Source: a bacterium
GTDB lineage: Bacteria; Patescibacteriota; Minisyncoccia; Phycocordibacterales; JAGLPS01
NCBI GenBank assembly: GCA_030690305.1
Contig: JAUYHB010000020.1
Span: 87,535 to 151,534 of the forward strand
Direction: 5' to 3'
Length of the DNA: 64,000 nucleotides
This document shows positions 36,345-45,470 of the stretch, piece by piece (the stretch's first letter is position 1; every line of letters starts with the position of its first letter). Made by a program: the position numbers and the translations under genes. The notes below the pieces were generated by a model that did not search any database, had not been told where the DNA came from, and was given only the letters and a program-made list of their open reading frames with translations.

Positions 36345-36379
36345 AAAAGACGGGGTAGAAATACCCCGTCTTTTTTCTT
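36345..36379 (+). terminator. Intrinsic terminator after thyX
   Basis: aaaagacggggta-gaaa-taccccgtctttt followed by ttc. Confidence 0.75.
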
Positions 36380-36456
36380 GCTTTTGCACGCGTCAATGCT
36401 ATTGTTCTCTGTGGAACAACCTACATAGTGAAAAATTTATCTAGGAGGACGTACAT

Positions 36457-37095
36457 ATGAAAAAAGGAAAATTTATCGTGTTTGAAGGAGGGGAAGGGTC
36501 CGGGAAAGATACAATTGTGAAAATGCTCAAAAAACATTTTCCGTCCGACACCGTATATACCCGTGAGCCCGGTGGGACCCCCATCAGCGAAAAAATCAGA
36601 ACCCTTCTTATGGACAACCGTTCGAAAGGTATGACTCCGGAAACGGAAATCGCTCTTTTCTGTGCCGCCCGCATACAGCATATGCGTGAACTCATTATCC
36701 CTGCTCTTGAAAAGGGTAAGACTGTTGTTTCGAATCGTTTCGACCTTTCAACAATCGCTTATCAGGTCTACGGCAGGCAACGGCCGGAACTTCGACGCCT
36801 GTTTTCCCAAATGAACCAGGAGGCGGTCGGGGAATACGGACCGGATATTTACATCATCCTTGATGTAAAACCCGAAGTGGGACTTGCGCGCCGGATGAAA
36901 GGGAAAGAAAAACTGACGCGGTTTGATAAAGAAAAACTTTCATTCCATGAAAGAGTGCGCAAAGGCTATCTCACGCTTTCCAAACAGATTTCCTCCGCAG
37001 TGATTGACACTACCGATCAATATCCCCGTCTTGTGTACGAGGAGGTCCTCTCTGTTCTTAAGCACAGGAAACTAATCTCTCAAAAGCCCGTTTGA
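36457..37095 (+). CDS. tmk: Thymidylate kinase
   Basis: P-loop FEGGEGSGKDT and LID region. Confidence 0.9.
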   Translation: MKKGKFIVFEGGEGSGKDTIVKMLKKHFPSDTVYTREPGGTPISEKIRTLLMDNRSKGMTPETEIALFCAARIQHMRELIIPALEKGKTVVSNRFDLSTIAYQVYGRQRPELRRLFSQMNQEAVGEYGPDIYIILDVKPEVGLARRMKGKEKLTRFDKEKLSFHERVRKGYLTLSKQISSAVIDTTDQYPRLVYEEVLSVLKHRKLISQKPV

Positions 37096-37115
37096 TATCA
37101 AACGGGCTTTTTCTT
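37082..37115 (+). terminator. Intrinsic terminator overlapping the tmk stop
   Basis: aaagcccgtttg-atat-caaacgggcttt followed by ttc. Confidence 0.7.
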
Positions 37116-37188
37116 TGTGGCTTACTTTTATTTGAATTGACTTGCCTTAGAAAACTGCTAATCTGGTTTCAGAAAGGAGATTGTACAT

Positions 37189-38178
37189 ATGAAAAAAAAG
37201 ATTGGGTTTACCTACAACCTGAAAAGCGACTGGCAACATTCTCCAAACGATCCCGTGGATGCTGCCGCAGAACTCGATAAAGAAGCTACAATTAGGCATG
37301 TTGAGGAGGCTCTCGGAGATGGTGGCCATGCGGTGAAACGCATCGGTAACGCTTTTTCGCTCTTATCGCAAATCAAAAACCTTGATGTGGATATTGTGCT
37401 CAATATCTGCGAAGGCTTGAGGGGGCGTAACCGAGAATCCGAAGTGCCCGTAATTCTGGAAATGTTCGGTATTCCGTTTATCGGCTCTGACGGTCTCACG
37501 TTGGGGATTACTCTCGACAAGTTGGCTTCAAAGAAGTTCTTTTTTGCCGAAGGAATTCCGACACCGCGTTATTTTCAAGCAAAGCCGGGAAACAATCTGG
37601 AGAACTTAAACACAATCGGTTTTCCGCTTTTTGTAAAAGCCTCACGGGAAGGAACCTCGAAAGGAATTACCAAAGCCTCACTTGTGCGGACTCCAAAGGA
37701 GTTGAAAGAGCAAGTTGATATTGTGCACATGCTGTACAAACAACCGGCTCTTGTCGAGGAATTCATCAGTGGAACTGAATTCACCGTGCTGGTAATCGGG
37801 AATGAAAATCCCGAACCAATGCCGGTTATACAGTACATGATGAACAACACACTTGAGCTCGGTGACCGTTTTTACACATCAAAAGATGTTGTCGAAAAGT
37901 CAGTGGGCTGTATTTGCCCGACAGACATTCCCAAGAGCCTTGAGAAGAAACTGAAAGACGTTTCCGTTGCCGTGTATGAGGCCGTGGACTGCCGCGATTT
38001 TGGAAGGGTGGATTTCAGGGTTGATACCGAGGGAAACCCGTATGTCCTTGAAATCAATCCGCTTCCCAACCTGGGTCCGGAAGATGTGTTCGGCACATTT
38101 CCACAAGCTGCGGGTTTGACTTATGCCCAGGCGATAAACAAGATTGTGGACGTTGCCTTAAAGCGCTACGGTATGTGA
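37189..38178 (+). CDS. ddl: ATP-grasp ligase, D-alanine--D-alanine ligase-like
   Basis: ATP-grasp fold (EEFISGTEFTVLVIG, VLEINPLPNL). The N-terminal domain is divergent from canonical Ddl. Confidence 0.6.
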   Translation: MKKKIGFTYNLKSDWQHSPNDPVDAAAELDKEATIRHVEEALGDGGHAVKRIGNAFSLLSQIKNLDVDIVLNICEGLRGRNRESEVPVILEMFGIPFIGSDGLTLGITLDKLASKKFFFAEGIPTPRYFQAKPGNNLENLNTIGFPLFVKASREGTSKGITKASLVRTPKELKEQVDIVHMLYKQPALVEEFISGTEFTVLVIGNENPEPMPVIQYMMNNTLELGDRFYTSKDVVEKSVGCICPTDIPKSLEKKLKDVSVAVYEAVDCRDFGRVDFRVDTEGNPYVLEINPLPNLGPEDVFGTFPQAAGLTYAQAINKIVDVALKRYGM

Positions 38179-38262
38179 TCTCTCACAGATTAAGTCTTTA
38201 CAATTCAGTACAAAAAGCCTCCGCCTAAAGTGGAGGCTTTTTTCTTGTGTTACTATAAATCC

Positions 38263-38685
38263 ATGATTTTGAAGGCTAAAAAGCTTTTTCCTGAAGCCAT
38301 TCTTCCGCACTATGTGCACGAAGGGGATGCCGGGTTGGAATTATACGCCTCTCAGGAAACAACCCTTAAACCCGGTGAAAGAACGTCGGTGCCGACGGGT
38401 ATCGCGCTTGAAATTCCGGACGGTTACGTCGGGCTTGTGTGGGATAAAAGTGGACTTTCCCACAATCATGGTCTCAAAACCCTTGGCGGTGTCATTGATT
38501 CGGGATATCGCGGTGAGGTAAAAGTGGGCGTTATCAATCTTTCTTCCGAAAACTATACGTTTGAAAAGGGACACAAGATTGCCCAAATGCTTGTGCAAAA
38601 AATTGAACGTTTGGAAGTAACCGAGGCCGACTCCCTTTCCGAATCGGACCGAGGACACAAGGGTTTTGGAAGCACAGGCAAATAA
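38263..38685 (+). CDS. dut: dUTP diphosphatase (start trimmed; the ORF-track GTG at 38230 lies inside the upstream terminator)
   Basis: GDAGLELYA...SGLSHNHGLKTLGGVIDSGYRGE motifs. Confidence 0.8.
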   Translation: MILKAKKLFPEAILPHYVHEGDAGLELYASQETTLKPGERTSVPTGIALEIPDGYVGLVWDKSGLSHNHGLKTLGGVIDSGYRGEVKVGVINLSSENYTFEKGHKIAQMLVQKIERLEVTEADSLSESDRGHKGFGSTGK

Positions 38686-38686
38686 C

Positions 38687-40351
38687 ATGAAAGAAAAACT
38701 GGAACGGGTTATCAAAGAAATGCTCAAAAAAGTCGGAATCAAAAACCCGGCAAAAGTCACTATTGAGCGTCCCGCCGACTCTTCCCATGGAGATTATTCC
38801 ACCAATGTCGCCCTTACATACTGCAAGGACTTTTCGCTTTCTCCTCACGACCTTGCCTTAAAGCTTGCTTCCGAACTTGAAAGACACAAACCCGAAGAGG
38901 TTGAAAAAATCGAAATTGCCGGCCCCGGGTTTATCAATTTCTTTCTTTCGAAGCAGTTTCTTGCCGACTCGGTAAAGGAGATTCTCAAACAAAAAAATTC
39001 ATTTGGCCAAAACAAAACGTTAAGTAAAGAGGGGGTAATGGTTGAGTACACCGACCCAAATCCGTTCAAGGAGTTCCACATAGGTCATTTGATGTCCAAT
39101 ACCATCGGTGAATCAATTTCACGGCTTTTGGAATGGAACGGCGCGAAAGTCAGACGTGCAAATTACCAAGGCGATGTGGGCATTCATGTTGCAAAAGCCT
39201 TGTGGGGCAAACTCAAAGACCCCGCATCCTCGTGGGGGCAAACCTACGCTCAGGGAGCGAAACAATATGACGAAAACGAGACAGCAAAAAAAGAAATTGC
39301 CGAACTCAACAAAAAAATATACGCCCGGAGCGATACGGAAATAAACAAACTCTATGACCAAGGGAAAAGCGAAAGCCTAAAACAATTTGAAAAAATGTAT
39401 ACGCGCCTCGGAACGAGGTTCGATTTCTTTTTTTTCGAAAGCAGTACGGGAGAATTCGGAAAGGGGATTGTCCAGGAGAATACTCCCGGAATATTTGAAA
39501 AAAGTGACGGGGCGGTCGTGTTTAAAGGAGAACCGTACGGACTTCATACTCGTGTGTTTTTAAATTCCGACGGGCTCCCCACATATGAAACAAAAGAATT
39601 GGGTCTTGCGGAAATAAAATACGAAAAATACGCATACACGAAATCGATTGTAATTACCGGTAATGAGGTGAATGATTACTTCAAAGTACTGCTTAAAGTG
39701 CTTGAACTTATTTCACCCGACTTGGCCTCAAAAACCCTTCATATTTCTCACGGAATGCTCCGCCTACCAGAGGGAAAAATGTCATCGCGAACAGGTAATG
39801 TCATCACGGCGGAATCTCTGATTGACGAAGTGAGGGAAAAAGTGAAAGAAAAAGTATCCGACAGGGATTTAACGGACGGAGAGAAAGAAATAATTTCCGA
39901 ACAGGTGGCGGTTGGGGCGATAAAATATTCGATTCTTAAACAGGCGTCGGGAAAAGATATTATTTTTGATTTTGATAAATCGCTTTCCTTTGAGGGTGAT
40001 TCAGGCCCTTATCTGCAGTACGCGCATACACGGGCAAAATCAATACTTGTCAAAGCACGGGAAGAGGGAATCAAAGAAGATGCGAGGAAGGGGAATCCAG
40101 GCAGTCTTGAGAGATTACTCGTTCACTTCTCCGAAGTGGTTGAGCATGCCGGCAAAGAGCACGAACCGCATTATGTTGTCACGTATCTTACGGAACTTGC
40201 GGGCGCTTTTAACAGTTTTTATGCCAAAGAAAAAATTGTCGATTCCAAAGACCTCGCATCAGCCTATAAAGTGGCTCTTACTTCTGCGGTTGCGGCAGTT
40301 CTTAAAAACGGCTTAACCTTGCTCGGAATTCCAGCACCCGACAAGATGTAA
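38687..40351 (+). CDS. argS: Arginyl-tRNA synthetase
   Basis: HIGH motif (HIGHLMS), class I catalytic core and C-terminal DALK-type anticodon-binding domain. Confidence 0.85.
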   Translation: MKEKLERVIKEMLKKVGIKNPAKVTIERPADSSHGDYSTNVALTYCKDFSLSPHDLALKLASELERHKPEEVEKIEIAGPGFINFFLSKQFLADSVKEILKQKNSFGQNKTLSKEGVMVEYTDPNPFKEFHIGHLMSNTIGESISRLLEWNGAKVRRANYQGDVGIHVAKALWGKLKDPASSWGQTYAQGAKQYDENETAKKEIAELNKKIYARSDTEINKLYDQGKSESLKQFEKMYTRLGTRFDFFFFESSTGEFGKGIVQENTPGIFEKSDGAVVFKGEPYGLHTRVFLNSDGLPTYETKELGLAEIKYEKYAYTKSIVITGNEVNDYFKVLLKVLELISPDLASKTLHISHGMLRLPEGKMSSRTGNVITAESLIDEVREKVKEKVSDRDLTDGEKEIISEQVAVGAIKYSILKQASGKDIIFDFDKSLSFEGDSGPYLQYAHTRAKSILVKAREEGIKEDARKGNPGSLERLLVHFSEVVEHAGKEHEPHYVVTYLTELAGAFNSFYAKEKIVDSKDLASAYKVALTSAVAAVLKNGLTLLGIPAPDKM

Positions 40352-40361
40352 GGTCGCTCCT

Positions 40362-40447
40362 GGTCTTTTTTCAGAGCACGGATATTTTCCTGCTAGAAAA
40401 TTCCTCGAGCTCCCACCAGTCGCGGTCGCTAGTCTCTGAAAAAAGAC
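40362..40447. repeat. Copy A of an ~86-nt palindromic element. Terminal inverted repeats ggtcttttttcagag / ctctgaaaaaagacc. Its reverse complement matches copy B at about 87% identity.
   Basis: Direct sequence comparison with 56408-56493. Confidence 0.7.
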
Positions 40448-40604
40448 CACTTGCTTTAAACTTGGAGAAAAAAACCTGAAGGTGGCACAAAATAGACATT
40501 GACACACTTAGTATTTAGGTATATTTTTGCATTCAAATAGTTCTTTGATTTTTAACTCTGCAACGCGTTCCCTAGAACATGTTGCCAACGAAAGGAGACA
40601 TGTC

Positions 40605-41174
40605 ATGAGTGCTATTATGACAAGTCGACAGGCCGCCGAGTTGGATTATGCTTTTGAGCGGAACAGATGGACGTCTGAAGATGTGAAGAAACTAAGTCAA
40701 GGTAACATACTTATTCAAGTACTTTCTGTTATCAAGGGGTATGCCGAAGTTCGAATACTGAAACATGTAATTGATTGTAAAAATTATTGTTATACCCCTC
40801 ACGATGGGTGCAGAGTTCAGAAGTTCCGGAAGGGCGGACTATTCCAATGGGATCCTAAGAAGGTTGAACTTCAGGTCTTCTCCAATGGGAAGTCTGATAG
40901 GTATATCGCAAGAAATGAAATCCAAGAAGAGATTGAGAGTAAACCCGTTCTGAACGCAAATGTTCTAGCTTATTTGTTGCTTTACCCTAAACTCATTCCT
41001 GATGAGTGGAGAGGTAAGAATGTCCATTTTCCAGGAACGATTTATTATATCAATGGGTTGAGTGATGTAATGCTTTATTTGTGTGAAGTTAAAGGCAGGT
41101 GGGCTTGGCTATATACAGAAATCAAGTCTTGTTTCTGGTCTGAAGAAAGTGTCTATGCCGTTATGAAAAAGTAG
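40605..41174 (+). CDS. Hypothetical protein (190 aa) in a low-GC islet, with its own promoter and terminator
   Basis: AAGGAGA RBS, upstream TTGACA-17-TATTTT promoter, and a terminator at 41195-41240. No family recognised. Confidence 0.55.
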   Translation: MSAIMTSRQAAELDYAFERNRWTSEDVKKLSQGNILIQVLSVIKGYAEVRILKHVIDCKNYCYTPHDGCRVQKFRKGGLFQWDPKKVELQVFSNGKSDRYIARNEIQEEIESKPVLNANVLAYLLLYPKLIPDEWRGKNVHFPGTIYYINGLSDVMLYLCEVKGRWAWLYTEIKSCFWSEESVYAVMKK

Positions 41175-41458
41175 TCTTCAGTACTACCGAAATAAAACCC
41201 TCATTGGTCTGACCAGACCAATGAGGGTTTTTCTTTGCTTACCCTCCTCGGGCTCCGCAAGATTTTTGAAAAGTAAATTCTCGCTTAAAGTGCAAAAGGG
41301 GAAATAAACCTAAATATAGGGCCAGAATTGTTTTTGACAAACAGTAAATAATTTGGTACAATTATAGTCGAAGTTTTTTTGATACAGAATAAACAAATCA
41401 TAAGCGTTTCTATCAGAAACGCTTAAACCCAACTAACAGTTGGAAAGGAGAGTGTGTC

Positions 41459-41755
41459 ATGAAGTATTCAAATCTGGACTTAGGCACAATCGAGGCAGTA
41501 ATCAACAAACTTGGAGGAATAGAAGGTGTCAAACAGTTTCTTTCTGGTGAATTAACAGTTTCTAAACCAGATTCTAACTGGAGAGAAAAGGATGATTTTA
41601 TTTTCTTCTCAACCCTTACTCTCCACGATGGTGTATCTCCTAAGTGGATTAAATGCCTTGAAGAAAAAGGTTTCCGGATAGGAGACTGTCTTAAAGCCAC
41701 TCTTCGTTCGGACGGACTCCAAATCAATCTTTGTTCGCGAGTTTCTTCGTCTTAA
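41459..41755 (+). CDS. Hypothetical protein (98 aa) in the low-GC islet
   Basis: Promoter TTGACA-17-TACAAT (41334-41362), 5'UTR hairpin, AAGGAGAG RBS, terminator at 41785-41825. Confidence 0.5.
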   Translation: MKYSNLDLGTIEAVINKLGGIEGVKQFLSGELTVSKPDSNWREKDDFIFFSTLTLHDGVSPKWIKCLEEKGFRIGDCLKATLRSDGLQINLCSRVSSS

Positions 41756-41934
41756 TATTGGGATTACTTAGTTTCGTTTCCCAACCCCGCCTTTCGTCTA
41801 AAAAACGGAAGGCGGTTTTTTTTTATTTCCCTTCAACAAGTTCAGGGTAAACTAAAATTCGCCACATCTTTACCAGAGTAAAACTAAGGCAGGTAGGCTT
41901 GCTCCGTACGGGTTATACGGCTAAGATTAGTGGT

Positions 41935-44900
41935 ATGTCGGAAAATCCTCCTAAAAAAAGCGAAATAGCGAGAAAGGAAGAGGAAATTCTTGATTTCTGG
42001 AATAAGAATCGGATTTTTCAAAAAAGCCTTGAGAAAAAAGCCCCTCACGGGGATGTTACTTTTTATGACGGACCTCCTTTTGCAACAGGTCTGCCTCACT
42101 ACGGGCATATTTTGGCTGGAACAATCAAAGATGTGATTCCGCGGTTTGAAACGATGCGCGGGAAGCGCGTACTTCGCCGATGGGGCTGGGATTGCCACGG
42201 TTTGCCGATTGAAAATCTTATCGAGCAGGAACTCGGGATAAAAGACAAAAAGGAAATTGAAGCGCTCGGCATTGAGAAATTCAACGAAGCCGCACGGGCA
42301 AGTGTTTTACGCTATGACCAACAGTGGCGCAGGCTCATTCCGCGTTCCGGACGATGGGTTGATATGGATGACCAGTACATCACCATGTCGCCCTCATACA
42401 TGGAGTCCGTCTGGTGGTCTTTTTCCGAATTGCACAAAAAGAAACTGATTTATCAGGGATTCAAATCAATGCATTTGTGTCCGCACTGCGAAACAACACT
42501 TTCAAATCTGGAGGTGGCTTTAGGATACAAAGACATCACCGATATTTCCGTAACGGTGAAATTCGAGCTAAAAGACGAACCTGGAACATATCTCTTGGCA
42601 TGGACAACGACGCCGTGGACGTTGCCTGGGAATGTCGCTTTGGCAGTTAATCCAAATACTGATTACCTAATCGTTAAAGCGTTTAGTGGTTCATCTGAAT
42701 CCTATGTAATTGCAAAAGAAGCACTTCTTAATCACCTTTTTAAAGGACAGAACTCTCTTTCTTTCATGCAACTTTTTTCCTCTGATGATCACGAATGGTT
42801 GGGTGGTGCAAGAGAACAGCATTCCCCGAGAATAAAAGAAATAAAAGCGAAAGACCTTATTGGAAAATCATATAAACCTCTTTTTGATTACTACCAAAAC
42901 ATCCCTCTTGAGAACAAAGAAAGAGGGTGGAAAGTATATGCGGCAGATTTTGTTACCACCGAAGATGGAACGGGAATTGTTCATATAGCCCCGGCCTTTG
43001 GTGAAGATGACCTGAACCTCGCGCAGAAAGAAAAATTGCCGTTTATCCAGCATGTCAGCCGTCACGGGGTGTTTGAAAAAGAAGTTACCGATTTTGTGGG
43101 GCAATTTGTAAAACCAAAAGACGACCATCAGAAAGCGGATATTGAAATCATTAGACATCTCGCGGGAAAAGGACTTTTGTTTGCCAAAGAAAAAATCATT
43201 CACTCATATCCTCATTGCTGGAGGTGTGACACCCCGCTTCTTAACTACGCTTCGGCATCGTGGTTTGTCGCTGTCACGAAATATAAAGACAATTTTATAA
43301 AAGAAAACAAAAAAGTCCGCTTCGTTCCCGAGGAAATCCGTGACGGGCGATTCGGAAAGTGGCTGGAGGGTGCCCGTGACTGGGCAATTTCTCGTTCCCG
43401 TTATTGGGGTGCTCCGTTGCCCGTATGGATTTGCAATCAATGCAAAGAAATTGCCGTTATCGGTTCCGTTGAAGAACTTAAAAAGAAAACAAAAAGCAAG
43501 AATTCATATATTGTCATGCGTCACGGCGAAGCCGAAAGTAATGTTCTCGGGCTTATCAATGGAGACAATTCCACCATTCGCCATCTGACAGAAAAGGGCC
43601 AGGGGCAGGTAAAGAAAACAGTAGAGACTCTCAAGGGGAAAATAGACATTATCATCGCTTCACCGCTTACCCGCACCAAAGAAACTGCCGACATTGTTGC
43701 CGGAATCATCGGAGTTAAAGAGGTGATAACCGATGACAGATTGAAGGAAGTGCAGACTGGGGAATACAATGGCAAATTGGTTTCGGAATATCAGAACTTC
43801 GCCACCAGGGAAGAAAAACTGGAAAAACGACCGCAGGGAGGAGAAAATCTCACCGACGTCAAAAAACGGATGGGAGAGTTTATATACGAAATTGATAAAG
43901 AATACGACGGAAAGCGAATTCTTATCATCACACATGAATTTCCCGCCTGGATGTTGTTTGCGGCCGCATATGGCGCTTCCAAAAAAGAAATACTCGCCCT
44001 GCACAGTGGGGAAGACTTTTTAAAGACCGCAGAAGCGCGGGTCCTTGATTTTGCGCCGGTTTCTCACAGAAACTACGAGCTCGACCTTCACCGTCCGTAC
44101 ATTGATAACGTTGAATTTACGTGCAAATGCGGAGGGAAAATGAAACGGATTCCGGAGGTGTTTGACACATGGTATGAATCGGGCTCGATGCCGTACGCCA
44201 GTCACCACTACCCGTTTGAAACAAAACAATTTGACGCTAAAAAAGGTTTTCGTTTCCCCGCGGATTTTATTGCTGAAGGTATTGACCAGACGAGAGGATG
44301 GTTTTACTCGCTCCTCATGCTTTCCGTGGGCCTCTTTGGAAAAACGCCGTACAAAAATGTTGTCGTAAACGGTACTATTCTTGCCGAAGACGGACAAAAA
44401 ATGTCCAAACGTCTCAAAAACTACCCCGATGTCGAAGCAATACTCGATACATATGGTGCCGATGCGATGCGATACTACATGCTTTCTTCTCCCGTTGTTC
44501 GCGGAGAAGACCTGGCATTTTCCGAGAAAGGTCTTGACGAGGTGGTCAAAAAACTGAGCCTGCGTCTGCAGAACGTCTGCTCATTTTATGAAATGTACGC
44601 CCAATCCTCCGTAGAAAGCGCTTCAAATTCAAAAGACATTCTCGACTTGTGGATTCTTTCCCGCCTTTCTCAAACGCGCGACATGATTACCGATTCCATG
44701 GAGACATACGCTCTTGATGCGGCAACACGGCCTATCCTTGATTTTGTTGACGACCTTTCCACATGGTATCTTCGCCGTTCCCGAGAACGATTCAAAGGAG
44801 ACGACGAGAAAGACAAAACTGCGGCACTTGCGACAACGCGTTTTGTACTCCAGGAATTTTCAAAATTAATGGCCCCATTCATGCCCTTTATTGCCGAAGA

Positions 44901-45468
44901 AATTTATCTTAAAGTGGAAGGAGAAAAAGGAAAAGAAAGTGTCCATCTTGAAAACTGGCCGACAAAAGAGAAAGCGGATTCCCGCATTGTCGAGAACATG
45001 AAAGAAGCCAGGCATGTCGTTTCTTTGGGCCTTGAAGCGCGCGCGAAGTCGGCAATAAAAGTCCGTCAACCGCTTTCACACATAATTGTTAAAACGCTTT
45101 CTCTGAAAGGGAAAAACGAATACCTCCAACTTATTCTCGATGAGTTGAATGTAAAAGAAATTCGTTTTGATGATAAACAGCAAGACGAGGTCTTTCTTGA
45201 TACAAACATAACATCCGAACTTAAAATCGAAGGAGAGCAACGCGACCTCATCCGCGCTATTCAGGATTTCCGAAAAGCGAAAGGGTTTGATGCGAAAGAC
45301 AAAATAATGCTTATTGTTTCCACGGACGAAACAGGGAAACAGTTCGTTGATGAATATAAAGCCGGACTTTCAAAAACTACGGGACTCTCCGATATCAAAT
45401 ACAAATCTATTGAAGGAGAAGCTGTCAATATCGGTGGTATGTCATTTGTTTTTTCCGTGGAGCGTTAA
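41935..45468 (+). CDS. ileS: Isoleucyl-tRNA synthetase, type 2 (eukaryote-like), carrying an ~165-aa inserted histidine-phosphatase (PGM/SixA-like) domain
   Basis: PPFATGLPHYGHIL, WTTTPWTLPGN (editing) and KMSKRLKN. The insert contains RHGE...SPLTRTKETA...GGE...ITHE. Confidence 0.85.
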   Translation: MSENPPKKSEIARKEEEILDFWNKNRIFQKSLEKKAPHGDVTFYDGPPFATGLPHYGHILAGTIKDVIPRFETMRGKRVLRRWGWDCHGLPIENLIEQELGIKDKKEIEALGIEKFNEAARASVLRYDQQWRRLIPRSGRWVDMDDQYITMSPSYMESVWWSFSELHKKKLIYQGFKSMHLCPHCETTLSNLEVALGYKDITDISVTVKFELKDEPGTYLLAWTTTPWTLPGNVALAVNPNTDYLIVKAFSGSSESYVIAKEALLNHLFKGQNSLSFMQLFSSDDHEWLGGAREQHSPRIKEIKAKDLIGKSYKPLFDYYQNIPLENKERGWKVYAADFVTTEDGTGIVHIAPAFGEDDLNLAQKEKLPFIQHVSRHGVFEKEVTDFVGQFVKPKDDHQKADIEIIRHLAGKGLLFAKEKIIHSYPHCWRCDTPLLNYASASWFVAVTKYKDNFIKENKKVRFVPEEIRDGRFGKWLEGARDWAISRSRYWGAPLPVWICNQCKEIAVIGSVEELKKKTKSKNSYIVMRHGEAESNVLGLINGDNSTIRHLTEKGQGQVKKTVETLKGKIDIIIASPLTRTKETADIVAGIIGVKEVITDDRLKEVQTGEYNGKLVSEYQNFATREEKLEKRPQGGENLTDVKKRMGEFIYEIDKEYDGKRILIITHEFPAWMLFAAAYGASKKEILALHSGEDFLKTAEARVLDFAPVSHRNYELDLHRPYIDNVEFTCKCGGKMKRIPEVFDTWYESGSMPYASHHYPFETKQFDAKKGFRFPADFIAEGIDQTRGWFYSLLMLSVGLFGKTPYKNVVVNGTILAEDGQKMSKRLKNYPDVEAILDTYGADAMRYYMLSSPVVRGEDLAFSEKGLDEVVKKLSLRLQNVCSFYEMYAQSSVESASNSKDILDLWILSRLSQTRDMITDSMETYALDAATRPILDFVDDLSTWYLRRSRERFKGDDEKDKTAALATTRFVLQEFSKLMAPFMPFIAEEIYLKVEGEKGKESVHLENWPTKEKADSRIVENMKEARHVVSLGLEARAKSAIKVRQPLSHIIVKTLSLKGKNEYLQLILDELNVKEIRFDDKQQDEVFLDTNITSELKIEGEQRDLIRAIQDFRKAKGFDAKDKIMLIVSTDETGKQFVDEYKAGLSKTTGLSDIKYKSIEGEAVNIGGMSFVFSVER

Positions 45469-45470
45469 TT

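Noticed and set aside
38230-38262. GTG start for dut given in the ORF track
   Set aside because: That start lies inside the ddl terminator hairpin. The ATG at 38263 gives a normal dUTPase N-terminus.
42239-42250. ATAAAAGACA inside ileS
   Set aside because: A single in-frame coding occurrence (I-K-D-K-K) in AT-rich sequence, consistent with chance.
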